Shown: in pieces, positions 18,483-28,104 of the stretch
Layout of the letters: each line of letters starts with the position of its first letter
Numbering within the stretch: the stretch's first letter is position 1
NCBI GenBank assembly: GCA_033764015.1
Contig: JANRJK010000002.1
Span: 96,001-160,000, forward strand
Reading direction: 5' to 3'
DNA: 64,000 nucleotides
From: Candidatus Sumerlaeia bacterium
GTDB lineage: Bacteria; Sumerlaeota; Sumerlaeia; SLMS01; JANRJK01
Translations under genes and position numbers: made by a program
Notes under the pieces: generated by a model
What the model saw: the letters and a program-made list of their open reading frames with translations, nothing else
Told to the model about the DNA's origin: nothing
The model's database searches: none

Positions 18483-21218
18483 TTACTGCGAGAGGATGAC
18501 GACCGAGTACGGGCCGATGCCGATGTTGCCGTTGAAGCCGAGCCCGTCCTTGGCGCCGGAGTTCGCCGTCGTGTTGTACGAGTTGAAGTTGCCGAAGTCC
18601 GAGCTGTAGCCGTTCCAGTCGCTGTTGAAGCGGACGAACCAGGTGCCGCCGCGCGGGAAGCCGATGTTGTAGCTCGAGTAGGAGGTGTTGGCGAAGTTCA
18701 TCACCACCACCACGTCGTCGCCCGGGCCGCCCGCATCGAACCGGTGGAAGGCCACCAGCTTGTTCGTGTTGTTGACGTGGAAGACGTTCACGCCCTGTCC
18801 GCGGAGGCCGCGCGTGTTGTTGTACCAGTTGCGGCGGAGCTTGATCAGGTCGCTGTACATCGCCTTGATGCCGCCGAACGTCGTTTCCTTGCTCCAGTCG
18901 AGCGGGTCCGTGTCGGCCCACCAGCCGTCCTCGAGGATGTCCTGACCCATGAAGAGCATCGGGATGCCCGGGGCGGTGAGAACCAGCGCGCCGCCAAGCG
19001 TCGAGCGCTTCTTGGAGAACCAGCTTCCGGCGTTGCCCGGCCAGATTTCCTCGGCCACGCGCGCCTTGCCGTTCGCCACTTCGTCGTGCGACTCGGTGTA
19101 GATGACGCGCTTGAAGGCGTTGCCGTCGTAGCGTCCGTTGATGGCGTCGCGGATCGCGAACATGCTGCGGTCGGCGTCGTTGCCCTTGATTACTTCCGCG
19201 CGGACCGGGTGGACGAAGTTGGCGTCCCACTGCGAGTCGAAGCCCGCGCCGCCGGCGCCCGTCGTCTTCACGAGGAACTCGTTGTTCTGCAGGTCCTCGG
19301 CGATCTGGATCTTCCAGCTATGCGCGAAGTCCACCTCGTTGTTGATCCACTGCATCAGCGACCAGCCGTCGGGGATGTCCCCGCCGCCGCCGTTGTTCTG
19401 CGTGCGGATGTTCACCGTCGAGTCCCAGCGCAGGCCGTCCACGCGGAACGTGTTGAGCCAGAACATCGCGTTGTCGCGCAGGTACGTGCGCACTTCGCCG
19501 CGGCCGTAGTCGGGACGCGTGTCGCCCCACGGCGTGGAGGAGCGCCAGTCGTTGAAGAAGTAGATGCCGCCCTTGCCGTTCTGGCTCCAGCCGTCGAACT
19601 GCCAGAGGTCGAGGTCGCTCGGGCCCCAGTGGTTGTAAACGACGTCCTGGATCACCGCGAGGCCGCGCTGGTGCGCCTGCTTGATGAACTCCTTGTACAT
19701 CTGCGGCCCGCCGTAGATCGACTCGACCGAGAACGGGTAGGCGGGGTTGTAGCCCCAGGAGAAGTCGCCGGCGAACTCGTTGATCGGCAGCACCTGCACC
19801 GCGTTGTAGCCCATGTTCGAGACGTGGTCCAGCTTCGCGATGGCGCTCGTGAAGTTGCCCGGGTTGCCGCCCGGCGAGTCGTTGAACGTGCCGATGTGCA
19901 TCTGGTAGATCACCAGCTCGTTCCAAGCGGGCGTGTTGAACACCGGGTCGGAGCCCGGCTGCGTCGCCGTGATAGTCACGTCGTCGATCGCCGCGCCGTC
20001 GCTCGAGGCGGGGTAGTTGTCGTACTGCTGGAAGCGCACGCGGAAGCTGGCGCCGGGCGTGAGGCCCTTGTCCGACAGGGTGACGGTGCGGGTGGACCAG
20101 CTCGTGCTGATCGCGGGGTAGCTGTCGACCTTCGTCCAGTTGGTGCCGTCGTTCGAGATGAACACACCGTCCTGCGTGTGCGTCTCCTCGCCGATATTGC
20201 GCACCTTGTAGGTGAGCGTGACGTTCGTCTTGCCGGAGGCGTTGACGGTCGTCGTGACCTCGTTGGTGCCGTAGGAGTTCGACACCGAGCTGTCCATCAG
20301 CAGGCCGCGGGTTCCCGCCGCCTTGTAGGTGGTGCTCAGCGCGGTGCGCTTCGTGCCGGAGCCGGAAAGCGTCCAGCCTGCGTTGATCGTCGTCGCTTCG
20401 AAATTGTCGGTGAAGAGCGTCACGGTCGACGCAGCCGTGCCCCATGTGAAGCGCGGGTCGTGAACCACCGAGTTGCCGACCGAGTTGGTGACCTGCACCG
20501 ACCACGGGTCGTTGCGCCACATGGTGTTGGCGCCGTTCTGGATCACGTACTTGTATTGATGGCCGTAGGTCACGCCCGAGACGTCGCGGCTCCAGAAGCC
20601 GTTCCCCTCGCTCGCGAGGTTCGTCGACGTCGAGGACCAGCCGTTGAAATCGCCGGCGACACTGACATTCGACGCGTTCGGCGCCCAGACGCGGAAGCCG
20701 GCAGGCGAGTCGCCGTTGAAGAGGATGCCCATGCCGGAGCGGCTCGACGGCGTCACCGGGCTCGGCGTCGGCGTCGGGGTAGGCGTCGGCGTCGGCGTGG
20801 GTGTCGGGGTCGGCGTGGCCGAGCCGGACGTGGTTGCAACGATGTTGAAGGTGGAGGCGCTGTAGCCGCGGACGCCGATGTACCAGCGCCCGGACGACAT
20901 GGCCGGAGAGGTGGTGGAGGTGACCGTGACCGTTTCGTTGCTGCCGCTAAGGTACGGGCGGAAGTCGTAGGCGGTCGTCGTCGGCGTGCCGGCCTTGCGG
21001 ACGTAGAGGTCCGCGTCGCCGGTCCCGGCGGAGGTCATCTGCACGCTGAGCTGCGTCGCGCCAACCGGCGCGTCGATGTAGTACTGCAGCCAGGCGCTTG
21101 CGGCGACCGACTGGTTTGTACGGCTCACACCGCTGGTGAGTGCCGTTTGCGCGCAGACAATCGCCGGAGCGATCATGGCCAGCGCGCCGAGCAGGATGCT
21201 GCGGGATTGAAGCTTCAT
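18483..21218 (-). CDS. Secreted GH13 alpha-glucan enzyme (branching enzyme/trehalohydrolase-like): signal peptide, PPC, PT linker, CBM48, inserted beta-sandwich, GH13
   Basis: GDADLYVR (PPC), FRVWAPNA/GDFNGW (CBM48), WGYNP, DVVYNH, DGLRWD, IAED, ESHDE. Confidence 0.9.
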   Translation of the reverse strand: MKLQSRSILLGALAMIAPAIVCAQTALTSGVSRTNQSVAASAWLQYYIDAPVGATQLSVQMTSAGTGDADLYVRKAGTPTTTAYDFRPYLSGSNETVTVTSTTSPAMSSGRWYIGVRGYSASTFNIVATTSGSATPTPTPTPTPTPTPTPTPSPVTPSSRSGMGILFNGDSPAGFRVWAPNASNVSVAGDFNGWSSTSTNLASEGNGFWSRDVSGVTYGHQYKYVIQNGANTMWRNDPWSVQVTNSVGNSVVHDPRFTWGTAASTVTLFTDNFEATTINAGWTLSGSGTKRTALSTTYKAAGTRGLLMDSSVSNSYGTNEVTTTVNASGKTNVTLTYKVRNIGEETHTQDGVFISNDGTNWTKVDSYPAISTSWSTRTVTLSDKGLTPGASFRVRFQQYDNYPASSDGAAIDDVTITATQPGSDPVFNTPAWNELVIYQMHIGTFNDSPGGNPGNFTSAIAKLDHVSNMGYNAVQVLPINEFAGDFSWGYNPAYPFSVESIYGGPQMYKEFIKQAHQRGLAVIQDVVYNHWGPSDLDLWQFDGWSQNGKGGIYFFNDWRSSTPWGDTRPDYGRGEVRTYLRDNAMFWLNTFRVDGLRWDSTVNIRTQNNGGGGDIPDGWSLMQWINNEVDFAHSWKIQIAEDLQNNEFLVKTTGAGGAGFDSQWDANFVHPVRAEVIKGNDADRSMFAIRDAINGRYDGNAFKRVIYTESHDEVANGKARVAEEIWPGNAGSWFSKKRSTLGGALVLTAPGIPMLFMGQDILEDGWWADTDPLDWSKETTFGGIKAMYSDLIKLRRNWYNNTRGLRGQGVNVFHVNNTNKLVAFHRFDAGGPGDDVVVVMNFANTSYSSYNIGFPRGGTWFVRFNSDWNGYSSDFGNFNSYNTTANSGAKDGLGFNGNIGIGPYSVVILSQ
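20757..20818 (-). repeat. (Thr-Pro)n linker-coding tandem repeat
   Basis: About 10 copies of ACNCCN. Confidence 0.85.
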
Positions 21219-21519
21219 CTTTCCTCTCGGAGAAACCGCCACCCGGGGGAGGGTGGATTTATCGTGTCGATTTCTATGCGAAGCAAAACTCTAGGATGGC
21301 ATCCGCGTCAATCAGAACGGATCAGAAATTGAGCGATAAAAAAGTAAACAACACACATGCCTCAAATAAGTGGATTTACGCGACGATGGTGGCGTCGACA
21401 CGGGCGGAATCATGTCCGCCAATGTGTGGGACGCTTGTCGCAACGGGCATCCGATAAAGGTTTTTATGCACCGTGGGCGTCGCCGGAAGCTGTCGGTCGG
21501 TTCAAAAATCGGGCGGAAA

Positions 21520-23205
21520 TTATCCCGCGCTCTTCAAGGAGGCGAGCAGTTCCACGTAGTTCTTGCAGCGGAGAACCCCCGTGCGAACCGCATGGTCCTG
21601 TAGGGTCCCCCCGATGTCCGAGAGCAACTCGAGCTGCATCTGCGTGGATTCCTTGGCGGTCAGGATCATCACGATGATCGTGGCCAGCTCCCCGTCCGGC
21701 GCTTCGAAGTCGATCCCGCCCCGCGCCAGCCCGACCGCGACGAGTGGCGCCTGCAGGCCCGGAATCCGGGCGTGGGGCACGGCGACCCCGTGACCCATGC
21801 CGGTGGCGACGAGTTGCTCGCGCTTCCAGACTTCGGAGAAGACCGTTTCCGCGGAGGGCGCGCCGGGGCTCTTGGCAAGCGCGGCGGCCAGTTCCCGCAG
21901 CGCCGTCTCGCGGTCCTCCCCCCCGAGCGCGGGCAGGAAGGCCGCCGGCGCGAGGAAGTCGAAGAAGCGCACGGTGCGCTTGCGCTGTAGCAGCATCTCC
22001 ATCAGCGACCCGGCCACGACCGAGGTCGCGATCGCCATAACGACCAGCGCCACGAAGGTCTTCTCGCCGATGAGGCCGGCGGAGAGGGCGAGCAGCGCGA
22101 GGATGATCTCCATGGCGCCGCGGGCGTTCATCCCGACGCCGAGCGCCAGCGACTCGCGCGTGCCCATCCCCGCGAGGCGTCCGGCGACGCCGCAGCCCAC
22201 CAGCTTGCCGACGCTCGCGATCACGATCACAAAGCCCGCCAGCAGCGGATCGAAGTGCGAGAAGAAGTCCACGCGCAGGCCGATGGAGGCGAAGAACACC
22301 GGGGCGAAGATGAACGAGATGAAGTTCTCCAGCGTGTGCCGCGTCTTGTCGCGCAGGTGGCCGGAGTCGCCGAGCGCGACGCCGAACAGGAAGGCGCCGA
22401 AGATCGCGTGGACGCCGATCCACTCCGTGAAGGCTGCGCAGATGGTGCCGCCCGCCACTGTGAATCCGAGCACGCCGCCCGGCCAGGTGGTGTACGCCTG
22501 CAGCCGCGGCAGAGCCCGGTCCAGCAGCCAGCGGCCCACGGTGAGCATCAACGCGGCGAAGGCCAGCGTCGCCGCGATCGTGGTGGGGACGCTGAACGCC
22601 GCCCCCGCGCCCTTGCCGATCATGCCGAGGATGACCGCGAATAGCATCCAGCCGGCGATGTCGTCGATCACCGCCACCGAAATGATGAGCATGCCGAAGT
22701 CGCTTCTATAGAGCTTAAGGTCCAATAGCGTCTTCGCGATCACCGGAAGCGCGGAGATGGCCAGCGCGGTTCCGATGAACAGCGAGAAGGGAAGCGGCTC
22801 GGCACCATCCGTCGCGCCGAGCCACTCCGGCACGAACCACGCCGCGGCGAACCCGACACCGAAGGGAACCACCATGCCCAGGACACTGATCAGCACGGAG
22901 GCGCGCCCTTGCCTGAGCACGGACGAGATGTCAACCTCGAGCCCCGCGACGAGCAGGAACAACGTGATCGCGATCGTCGTGAAGCCCTGAAGCGCGATCG
23001 CCGCGTTGCCCGCCTGGGGGAAAAGCCAGGCCTGGGCGTCCGGAGCTATGCGCCCAAGGACCGTGGGGCCGAGCAGAACGCCCGCAAGGATCTCCCCGAT
23101 CACCGCCGGCTGGTTCATCCGCTTGAAAATCTCGCCGAAGATCCGGGCGACCCCGAGCAGGACTCCCAGCCCGAGGAGGAGAATCGTGATGTCGTAGTGG
23201 TTCAT
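21520..23205 (-). CDS. CPA2 cation:proton antiporter fused to a PTS EIIA (Ntr/Fru-type) domain
   Basis: GEILAGVLLGP, ISALPV, IDD, HAIFGAF, ARG; C-terminal RE...TGMGHGVAVPHAR. Confidence 0.9.
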   Translation of the reverse strand: MNHYDITILLLGLGVLLGVARIFGEIFKRMNQPAVIGEILAGVLLGPTVLGRIAPDAQAWLFPQAGNAAIALQGFTTIAITLFLLVAGLEVDISSVLRQGRASVLISVLGMVVPFGVGFAAAWFVPEWLGATDGAEPLPFSLFIGTALAISALPVIAKTLLDLKLYRSDFGMLIISVAVIDDIAGWMLFAVILGMIGKGAGAAFSVPTTIAATLAFAALMLTVGRWLLDRALPRLQAYTTWPGGVLGFTVAGGTICAAFTEWIGVHAIFGAFLFGVALGDSGHLRDKTRHTLENFISFIFAPVFFASIGLRVDFFSHFDPLLAGFVIVIASVGKLVGCGVAGRLAGMGTRESLALGVGMNARGAMEIILALLALSAGLIGEKTFVALVVMAIATSVVAGSLMEMLLQRKRTVRFFDFLAPAAFLPALGGEDRETALRELAAALAKSPGAPSAETVFSEVWKREQLVATGMGHGVAVPHARIPGLQAPLVAVGLARGGIDFEAPDGELATIIVMILTAKESTQMQLELLSDIGGTLQDHAVRTGVLRCKNYVELLASLKSAG

Positions 23206-24083
23206 CGGGGCGACACCTCCGGCGCGCCGGGACCCCGGTGCACCAGCACCGCGCAAGGGAGGCGCTCCAGCACGACCTCGGTCGGATGCTTCAGGAAGCG
23301 GTCCCAGAACCGCAGCGGGCGCGAGGGCGCCGGGTAGACCAGCAGGTCCGCTCCCACGCGCCGCGCGTAGTCCACCGACTCCAGCCCCTCAGCCCCTTCG
23401 AGCACTTCCACCTCGACCTCTATGCCCGAGAGATCGAGGTCTTCGATGAAGTGGCGCAACTCGACCAGGTGGGCGGCGCGCAGCAGCCCCGCCTCTTCGG
23501 CGGGGTCCGGACCCTCGGACGCGCGGACGCGTCCTGCGAGCCGGTCGTAGCTGTCGGTCTCGTAGATGAAGTGCAGCTCGGTGGCGCCAGCGCGCCGCGC
23601 GAACGGCGCCGCGAAGGCCACCATCGCGCGGGATGCGTCGTCGAACGCGACGCTCACCACCACGGTCCGGAAGGGACGTCCGCCTGTGACCGGAGCCGGA
23701 AGGAGCAGCACAGAACGCGGCACCCGCCGCGCGATGCGCCGCGCGATGGATCCGAAGAAGCCCTCCATGAGCCCCTCGCGCTCCAGCGCCCCCGCCACCA
23801 CGAGGTCTGCGTCTACTTCCTCCGCCACCTCCGCCGCCGCGTCTTCCGGGGCGGCGTCGCGCACGAAAAACCTCGGCGCGGGGGCGCCCGGACCGGACGC
23901 CTCCCGCAGCACCGCCTCCACGGCCGCGGACTGCTCCGCATCCTCGGGGCCGGCGTGGACGAACACCACTTCGCCCCCGAGGCGCCGCCCGAGCGCGAGC
24001 GCCTCGCCCGCGACCGCTGCGGCCCTCGGCGACAAGGCGAGGCAAGACAGGATGGTGAAGGACTTCTCCGGCTCGCTGGCCAT
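23202..24083 (-). CDS. Tandem universal stress protein
   Basis: Two USP folds: ADLVVAG...GSIARRI and ADLLV...TEVVLERLPCAVLV; overlaps antiporter start. Confidence 0.85.
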   Translation of the reverse strand: MASEPEKSFTILSCLALSPRAAAVAGEALALGRRLGGEVVFVHAGPEDAEQSAAVEAVLREASGPGAPAPRFFVRDAAPEDAAAEVAEEVDADLVVAGALEREGLMEGFFGSIARRIARRVPRSVLLLPAPVTGGRPFRTVVVSVAFDDASRAMVAFAAPFARRAGATELHFIYETDSYDRLAGRVRASEGPDPAEEAGLLRAAHLVELRHFIEDLDLSGIEVEVEVLEGAEGLESVDYARRVGADLLVYPAPSRPLRFWDRFLKHPTEVVLERLPCAVLVHRGPGAPEVSPR

Positions 24084-24228
24084 GTCATGCTCCGCGGGGG
24101 TGGATGGGCTCCACAACCTCGTTGCCACGGTACGCGCGGTCAACCCGACGATCCTCGGTGCGGAATCCACCAAACCCCGCGCCCGCCGGGTCCGTCCCGT
24201 TCGATGGTCCGCCGCGAGGAGTCCAACC

Positions 24229-25161
24229 ATGCCGAACCATAAGCTCCTTTCCCTCTTGCTGGCGCTCGGCGCCTTCCTAGCCGCCTTCGTCGCGCCCGCC
24301 GCCGCGCAGCGCGCGCCCCAGCCGATCGATCCGCCGGACTACGAATCGGACGAGCGGCGCATCGACGACCGCTGGGAACGCGAGGGCGAGCCCCTCGAGG
24401 TCCGCATCGACTCGTCCAAGGAGCGCTACACGATCGGCCAGGATGTCGTCTTGTACCTTGAGACGAACCGCGACGCGCGGGTGTGGGTGTTCAGCGAGGA
24501 CGACCGCGGCGCCACCCGCGTCCTGTTTCCCAACGCCTTCGACCAGGACAACCGGCTCCGGGCTTCCCGCGGAGTGCGGATCCCGGCGGGTTCCTACCGG
24601 CTAACCGCCGGGCCGCCGGAGGGCCGCCGCAAGCTCCTCGCGGTCGCTCTCGACGAGCGCATCGACGTCCCGCGCTTCCGCTTCCCGCGAAGCACCACGC
24701 GCGCGCCCTTCCCCGTGATCGACGATCTGGAGACGTTCCTGCGGGAGGCCCGGGAGGCGGCGGACGACGCGGACCGCCGTCCGATCCGCCCCTTCTCGGA
24801 GGACGAGCCATGGAACGCGGTCGAGCGTCCCGGCTACGACGACGGCAACGTTGAGGGCGGGTTCGACGAGGACATCCTACTGATCCGCGTCGGGCAGAGC
24901 GGCGGAGCCGACTACGCCGACGAGCCCCCCGCCCATGATCCGGGTAGCAAGCCGGGCTCCCTCGAGGTGCGCTCGAACGTCCAGAACGCGGAGGTGTTCC
25001 TCAATGGCCGCTACTGGGGGCGCACGCCCTTCGAGGCGGAGCTACGCCCGGGCAGCTACGATCTACTGGTGCGGCGCGAGGGCTACGTACCCTACCGGAC
25101 GAAGCTCAACATCCGCGCCGGCTACGTGCGGACCGTGAGCGTGCGGCTGCTGCGCGAGTAG
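24229..25161 (+). CDS. Secreted DUF4384 + PEGA domain protein
   Basis: Signal peptide; YTIGQDV...LFPNAFDQDN...GPPEG; SNVQNAEVFLNGRYWGRTP...PGSY. Confidence 0.82.
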   Translation: MPNHKLLSLLLALGAFLAAFVAPAAAQRAPQPIDPPDYESDERRIDDRWEREGEPLEVRIDSSKERYTIGQDVVLYLETNRDARVWVFSEDDRGATRVLFPNAFDQDNRLRASRGVRIPAGSYRLTAGPPEGRRKLLAVALDERIDVPRFRFPRSTTRAPFPVIDDLETFLREAREAADDADRRPIRPFSEDEPWNAVERPGYDDGNVEGGFDEDILLIRVGQSGGADYADEPPAHDPGSKPGSLEVRSNVQNAEVFLNGRYWGRTPFEAELRPGSYDLLVRREGYVPYRTKLNIRAGYVRTVSVRLLRE

Positions 25162-25168
25162 GCGCGCC

Positions 25169-26200
25169 CTACTTCTTTGCCTTCGCTCGCGGGGCCGACT
25201 TCTCCGCGGCGGCGCCGAGGTCCTCGAACACGCCCATGGCGCGGTACTTGGCGAAGCGCGCCGACTGGAGCGCCGGCCATTCCAGCTTCGACAGCTCCGC
25301 AAGGTGCCGGCGAAGCGAGGCCCGCAGCGCATCGTAGGTCGCCTGCGGAGCGCGGTGCGCGCCGCCCTCCGGCTCCGCGACGATCTCGTCCACGATGCCG
25401 AGGTTGAACACGTCGGGGGCGGAAAGCTTTAGCACCTCCGCCGCGCGCGGCGCCATGGCGTTGTCCTTCCAGAGGATCGCCGCGCAGCCTTCCGGCGAGA
25501 TCACGTTGTACCACGCGTTCTCCAGCATCAGCACGCGGTCGCCCACGCCGACGCCGAGCGCGCCGCCGCTGGCGCCTTCGCCGATGACCGTGACGATGAC
25601 CGGGGTGCGGAGCGCGAACATGTCGCGGATGTTGCGGGCGATCGCCTCGGCCTGGCCGCGCTCTTCGGCGCCGACACCGGGAAAGGCGCCCTTCGTGTCG
25701 ATGAAGACGAAGATGGGCAGGCGGAACTTCGCCCCCATGTTCATCACTCGGAGCGCCTTGCGGTAGCCCTCCGGGTGCATCATGCCGAAGTTGCGCCGGA
25801 GCCGCTCCTGCACATCGCGGCCCTTCTGCTGCCCTACGATCACGCAAGGCGAGCCCTCGAAGCGCGCCATGCCGGTGATCACCGCCTGGTCGTCCTTGAA
25901 GAGCCGGTCGCCGTGGATCTCGTGGAACTCGGTGAACAGCTCGCGGATGTAGTCCAGCGAGAGCGGCCGGTCCTTGTGCGCGGAAATCTGGTAGCGTTCC
26001 CAGGCGGTGGCGGGGCGGTCGTCCGCCGGCGCGGGCGTCGCGCGGTCGCCGGTGGCGACGCTCCGCGCGTTGTCGAGGCGCGCCTGGAGCGCGGGGAGCC
26101 GGCGGCGCGCCTGCCGGTCGCCCTGTGCCGCCTGGCGCGTCGTGCGCTCCAGGTCCGACTCGATTTCCCTCAGCGTGGGTCGCCCCTTGCGGTCCGCCAT
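25169..26200 (-). CDS. accA: Acetyl-CoA carboxylase carboxyltransferase alpha
   Basis: HGDRLFKDD, RNFGMMHPEGYRKALR, GAEERGQ, GEGASGGALG, ISPEGCAAILW. Confidence 0.96.
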   Translation of the reverse strand: MADRKGRPTLREIESDLERTTRQAAQGDRQARRRLPALQARLDNARSVATGDRATPAPADDRPATAWERYQISAHKDRPLSLDYIRELFTEFHEIHGDRLFKDDQAVITGMARFEGSPCVIVGQQKGRDVQERLRRNFGMMHPEGYRKALRVMNMGAKFRLPIFVFIDTKGAFPGVGAEERGQAEAIARNIRDMFALRTPVIVTVIGEGASGGALGVGVGDRVLMLENAWYNVISPEGCAAILWKDNAMAPRAAEVLKLSAPDVFNLGIVDEIVAEPEGGAHRAPQATYDALRASLRRHLAELSKLEWPALQSARFAKYRAMGVFEDLGAAAEKSAPRAKAKK

Positions 26201-26348
26201 GTCAGCAGTCCTTTCCGCGAATTCAGCCGCCAGCGTCCGCGCGCGGCGCCGCGACCGCAAGCGGCGAACGATGCGCGCCCGCGCGCCATTCCCTTGCCGC
26301 CCGCCGCGCGCTGTGGCCCGCTGGCCACCGGACGAAAGGAGTGCCCCC

Positions 26349-26753
26349 ATGCGTGACAAGCGGATCATCTTCGGAGCGGCGGGACTCGTCGCCGCCGTGC
26401 TGCTGGCGGTCGCGGCCCCCCGGGCCCAAGAGGGCGATGCGCCCGCCGAACCCATCGACGCCCCCGCGCCGCCCTCGGAACTGCAGCTCGCCTTGCAGCG
26501 CTTCGAGGCCGACTCGGACCCGGAGCGCGCCCTTTACCTCAGCGCGGTGCAGGCGCTCGAGATCGGCCGCCAGTCCGGCGACATGGAATTCGCCGAACAG
26601 CTCCTGCTGCGGATCGCGGCGGAAGCGAAGCGCCAATCGGTCCGCACCTCCGTGCGGCGCCTCCTCGTCGACCTCTACATGGAGCGCGGCGACTGGGCCT
26701 CCGCCCGCACCAACCTCGAGACGATCGTGCAGGAATCGCTGATCCAGTTCTAG
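26349..26753 (+). CDS. Exported helical (TPR-like) hypothetical protein
   Basis: AAGGAG RBS, signal peptide, helical-repeat pattern. Confidence 0.65.
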   Translation: MRDKRIIFGAAGLVAAVLLAVAAPRAQEGDAPAEPIDAPAPPSELQLALQRFEADSDPERALYLSAVQALEIGRQSGDMEFAEQLLLRIAAEAKRQSVRTSVRRLLVDLYMERGDWASARTNLETIVQESLIQF

Positions 26754-26757
26754 CCCT

Positions 26758-27885
26758 TCAGTCCTGCGCCAGCACCCGCTCGTACACCGCTTCGTACATC
26801 GGGACGATGGACTCCGGCTGGTAGCGGGCGACGACGTCGCGGCGGGCGGCTTCGCCCATTTGGTGGCCGAGGCCATTCGTACCGAGGATGCGCAGCGCGT
26901 TCGCCGCCATGTCCTCCACGTCGCCGACGGGGCTCAGGAAGCCCGTCTCGCCTTGCTTCACCACTTCCGGGATGCCGCCGGCGCGGCTGGCGATGACGGG
27001 GATTTCCGACGACATCGCTTCGATCGCCGCGAGGCCGAAGCTCTCCGATTCGCTCGGGAGAAGGAACAGGTCCGCGCAGGAGAAGTAGAACTGCACCTGC
27101 TCCTGCTTGCCGAGCCAATGCACGTGCTGAGAAACGCCGAGTTCGTGCGAGAGCTGCACCGTCCGGTCGTAGTCCGGACCGTCACCGATCAGCAGCAGCG
27201 TGGCGGGCATCCTGGCCTGCACGCGGGCGAACACGCGGACCACGTCCTCGACGCGCTTCACCGGGCGGAAGTTCGAGATGTGCAGCAGGATCTTTTCGCC
27301 GTTCGGCGCGAAGCGGCTGCGCTTGCACGGCGTGAGGCTCGGGCGGAAGCGCGTGGAGTCCACGAAGTTGGGGATCACGTCGATGGCGCGGCCCGGGTAG
27401 AACTCGCGCCGGGTTTCCTCCGCCAGCCACTCCGACACCGCGGTCACCGCGTCCGACTGGTCGAGCGCGAAGCGCACCACGGGGTAGTAGGACGGCGCCC
27501 TCCCGACCAGTGTGATGTCGGTGCCGTGCAGCGTGGTGACCACCTTGGGGCGGACGCCGCCGGCGGCCTGCTTCGCGAGCCACGCGCTCACCGCGTGCGG
27601 GATCGCATAGTGCGCGTGGACGACCTCGAGGCCCTGCTCGTTGGCGATCTGGACGATCTTCGACGCGAGCGACAGTGTGTACAGCTCGCTGCCGAGGAGC
27701 GGGTAGGAGAAGCGCTCGACGGAGTGGAAAATGATATTGTCGTCCGCCTCGTGCACCAGGCGGAACGGAATCTCGGTGCTGATGAAGTGGATCTCGTGTC
27801 CGCGTTTGGCGAGCAGGCGCCCGAGTTCCGTGGCCACCACGCCGGAGCCGCCGTAGGTGGGGTAGCAAACCATGCCGATCTTCAT
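26758..27885 (-). CDS. bshA: N-acetyl-alpha-D-glucosaminyl L-malate synthase BshA
   Basis: [52 protein letters not shown]. Confidence 0.93.
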   Translation of the reverse strand: MKIGMVCYPTYGGSGVVATELGRLLAKRGHEIHFISTEIPFRLVHEADDNIIFHSVERFSYPLLGSELYTLSLASKIVQIANEQGLEVVHAHYAIPHAVSAWLAKQAAGGVRPKVVTTLHGTDITLVGRAPSYYPVVRFALDQSDAVTAVSEWLAEETRREFYPGRAIDVIPNFVDSTRFRPSLTPCKRSRFAPNGEKILLHISNFRPVKRVEDVVRVFARVQARMPATLLLIGDGPDYDRTVQLSHELGVSQHVHWLGKQEQVQFYFSCADLFLLPSESESFGLAAIEAMSSEIPVIASRAGGIPEVVKQGETGFLSPVGDVEDMAANALRILGTNGLGHQMGEAARRDVVARYQPESIVPMYEAVYERVLAQD

Positions 27886-28104
27886 ACGGGCCTCCTTGGG
27901 GGCGGCGGCGGGGGAGCGAGCGCCGTGCCGAGGAAACGCGCCAAACCCCACCCGGGGGGAGCAGATTCTTCGCATCCACGGTGTCCTATTTGGATAAGCA
28001 CGCTCCGCGCTAGCTGTATTTTTCGATTGACTTGTCCACTATCGGTAAAATCCCCTAGAGAGTCGCGGTCCGCCAAGGCCGCCGAAACCTTCAAAGGACT
28101 CAGC

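Noticed and set aside
18744..21332. 862-aa plus-strand ORF and similar long antisense ORFs (28111-30402, 32565-34445, 44726-46618, 50610-54065, 53854-55488)
   Set aside because: Shadow frames of well-supported genes in high-GC DNA; Arg/Gly/Ala-rich with no motifs
28020..28060. TTGACT...TAAAAT sigma70 promoter for the DUF5666 gene
   Set aside because: Spacer is only 13 nt
26860..28104. N-terminal 415 aa of the 1430-aa ORF
   Set aside because: Antisense to bshA; the real start is ATG 28105 with a signal peptide
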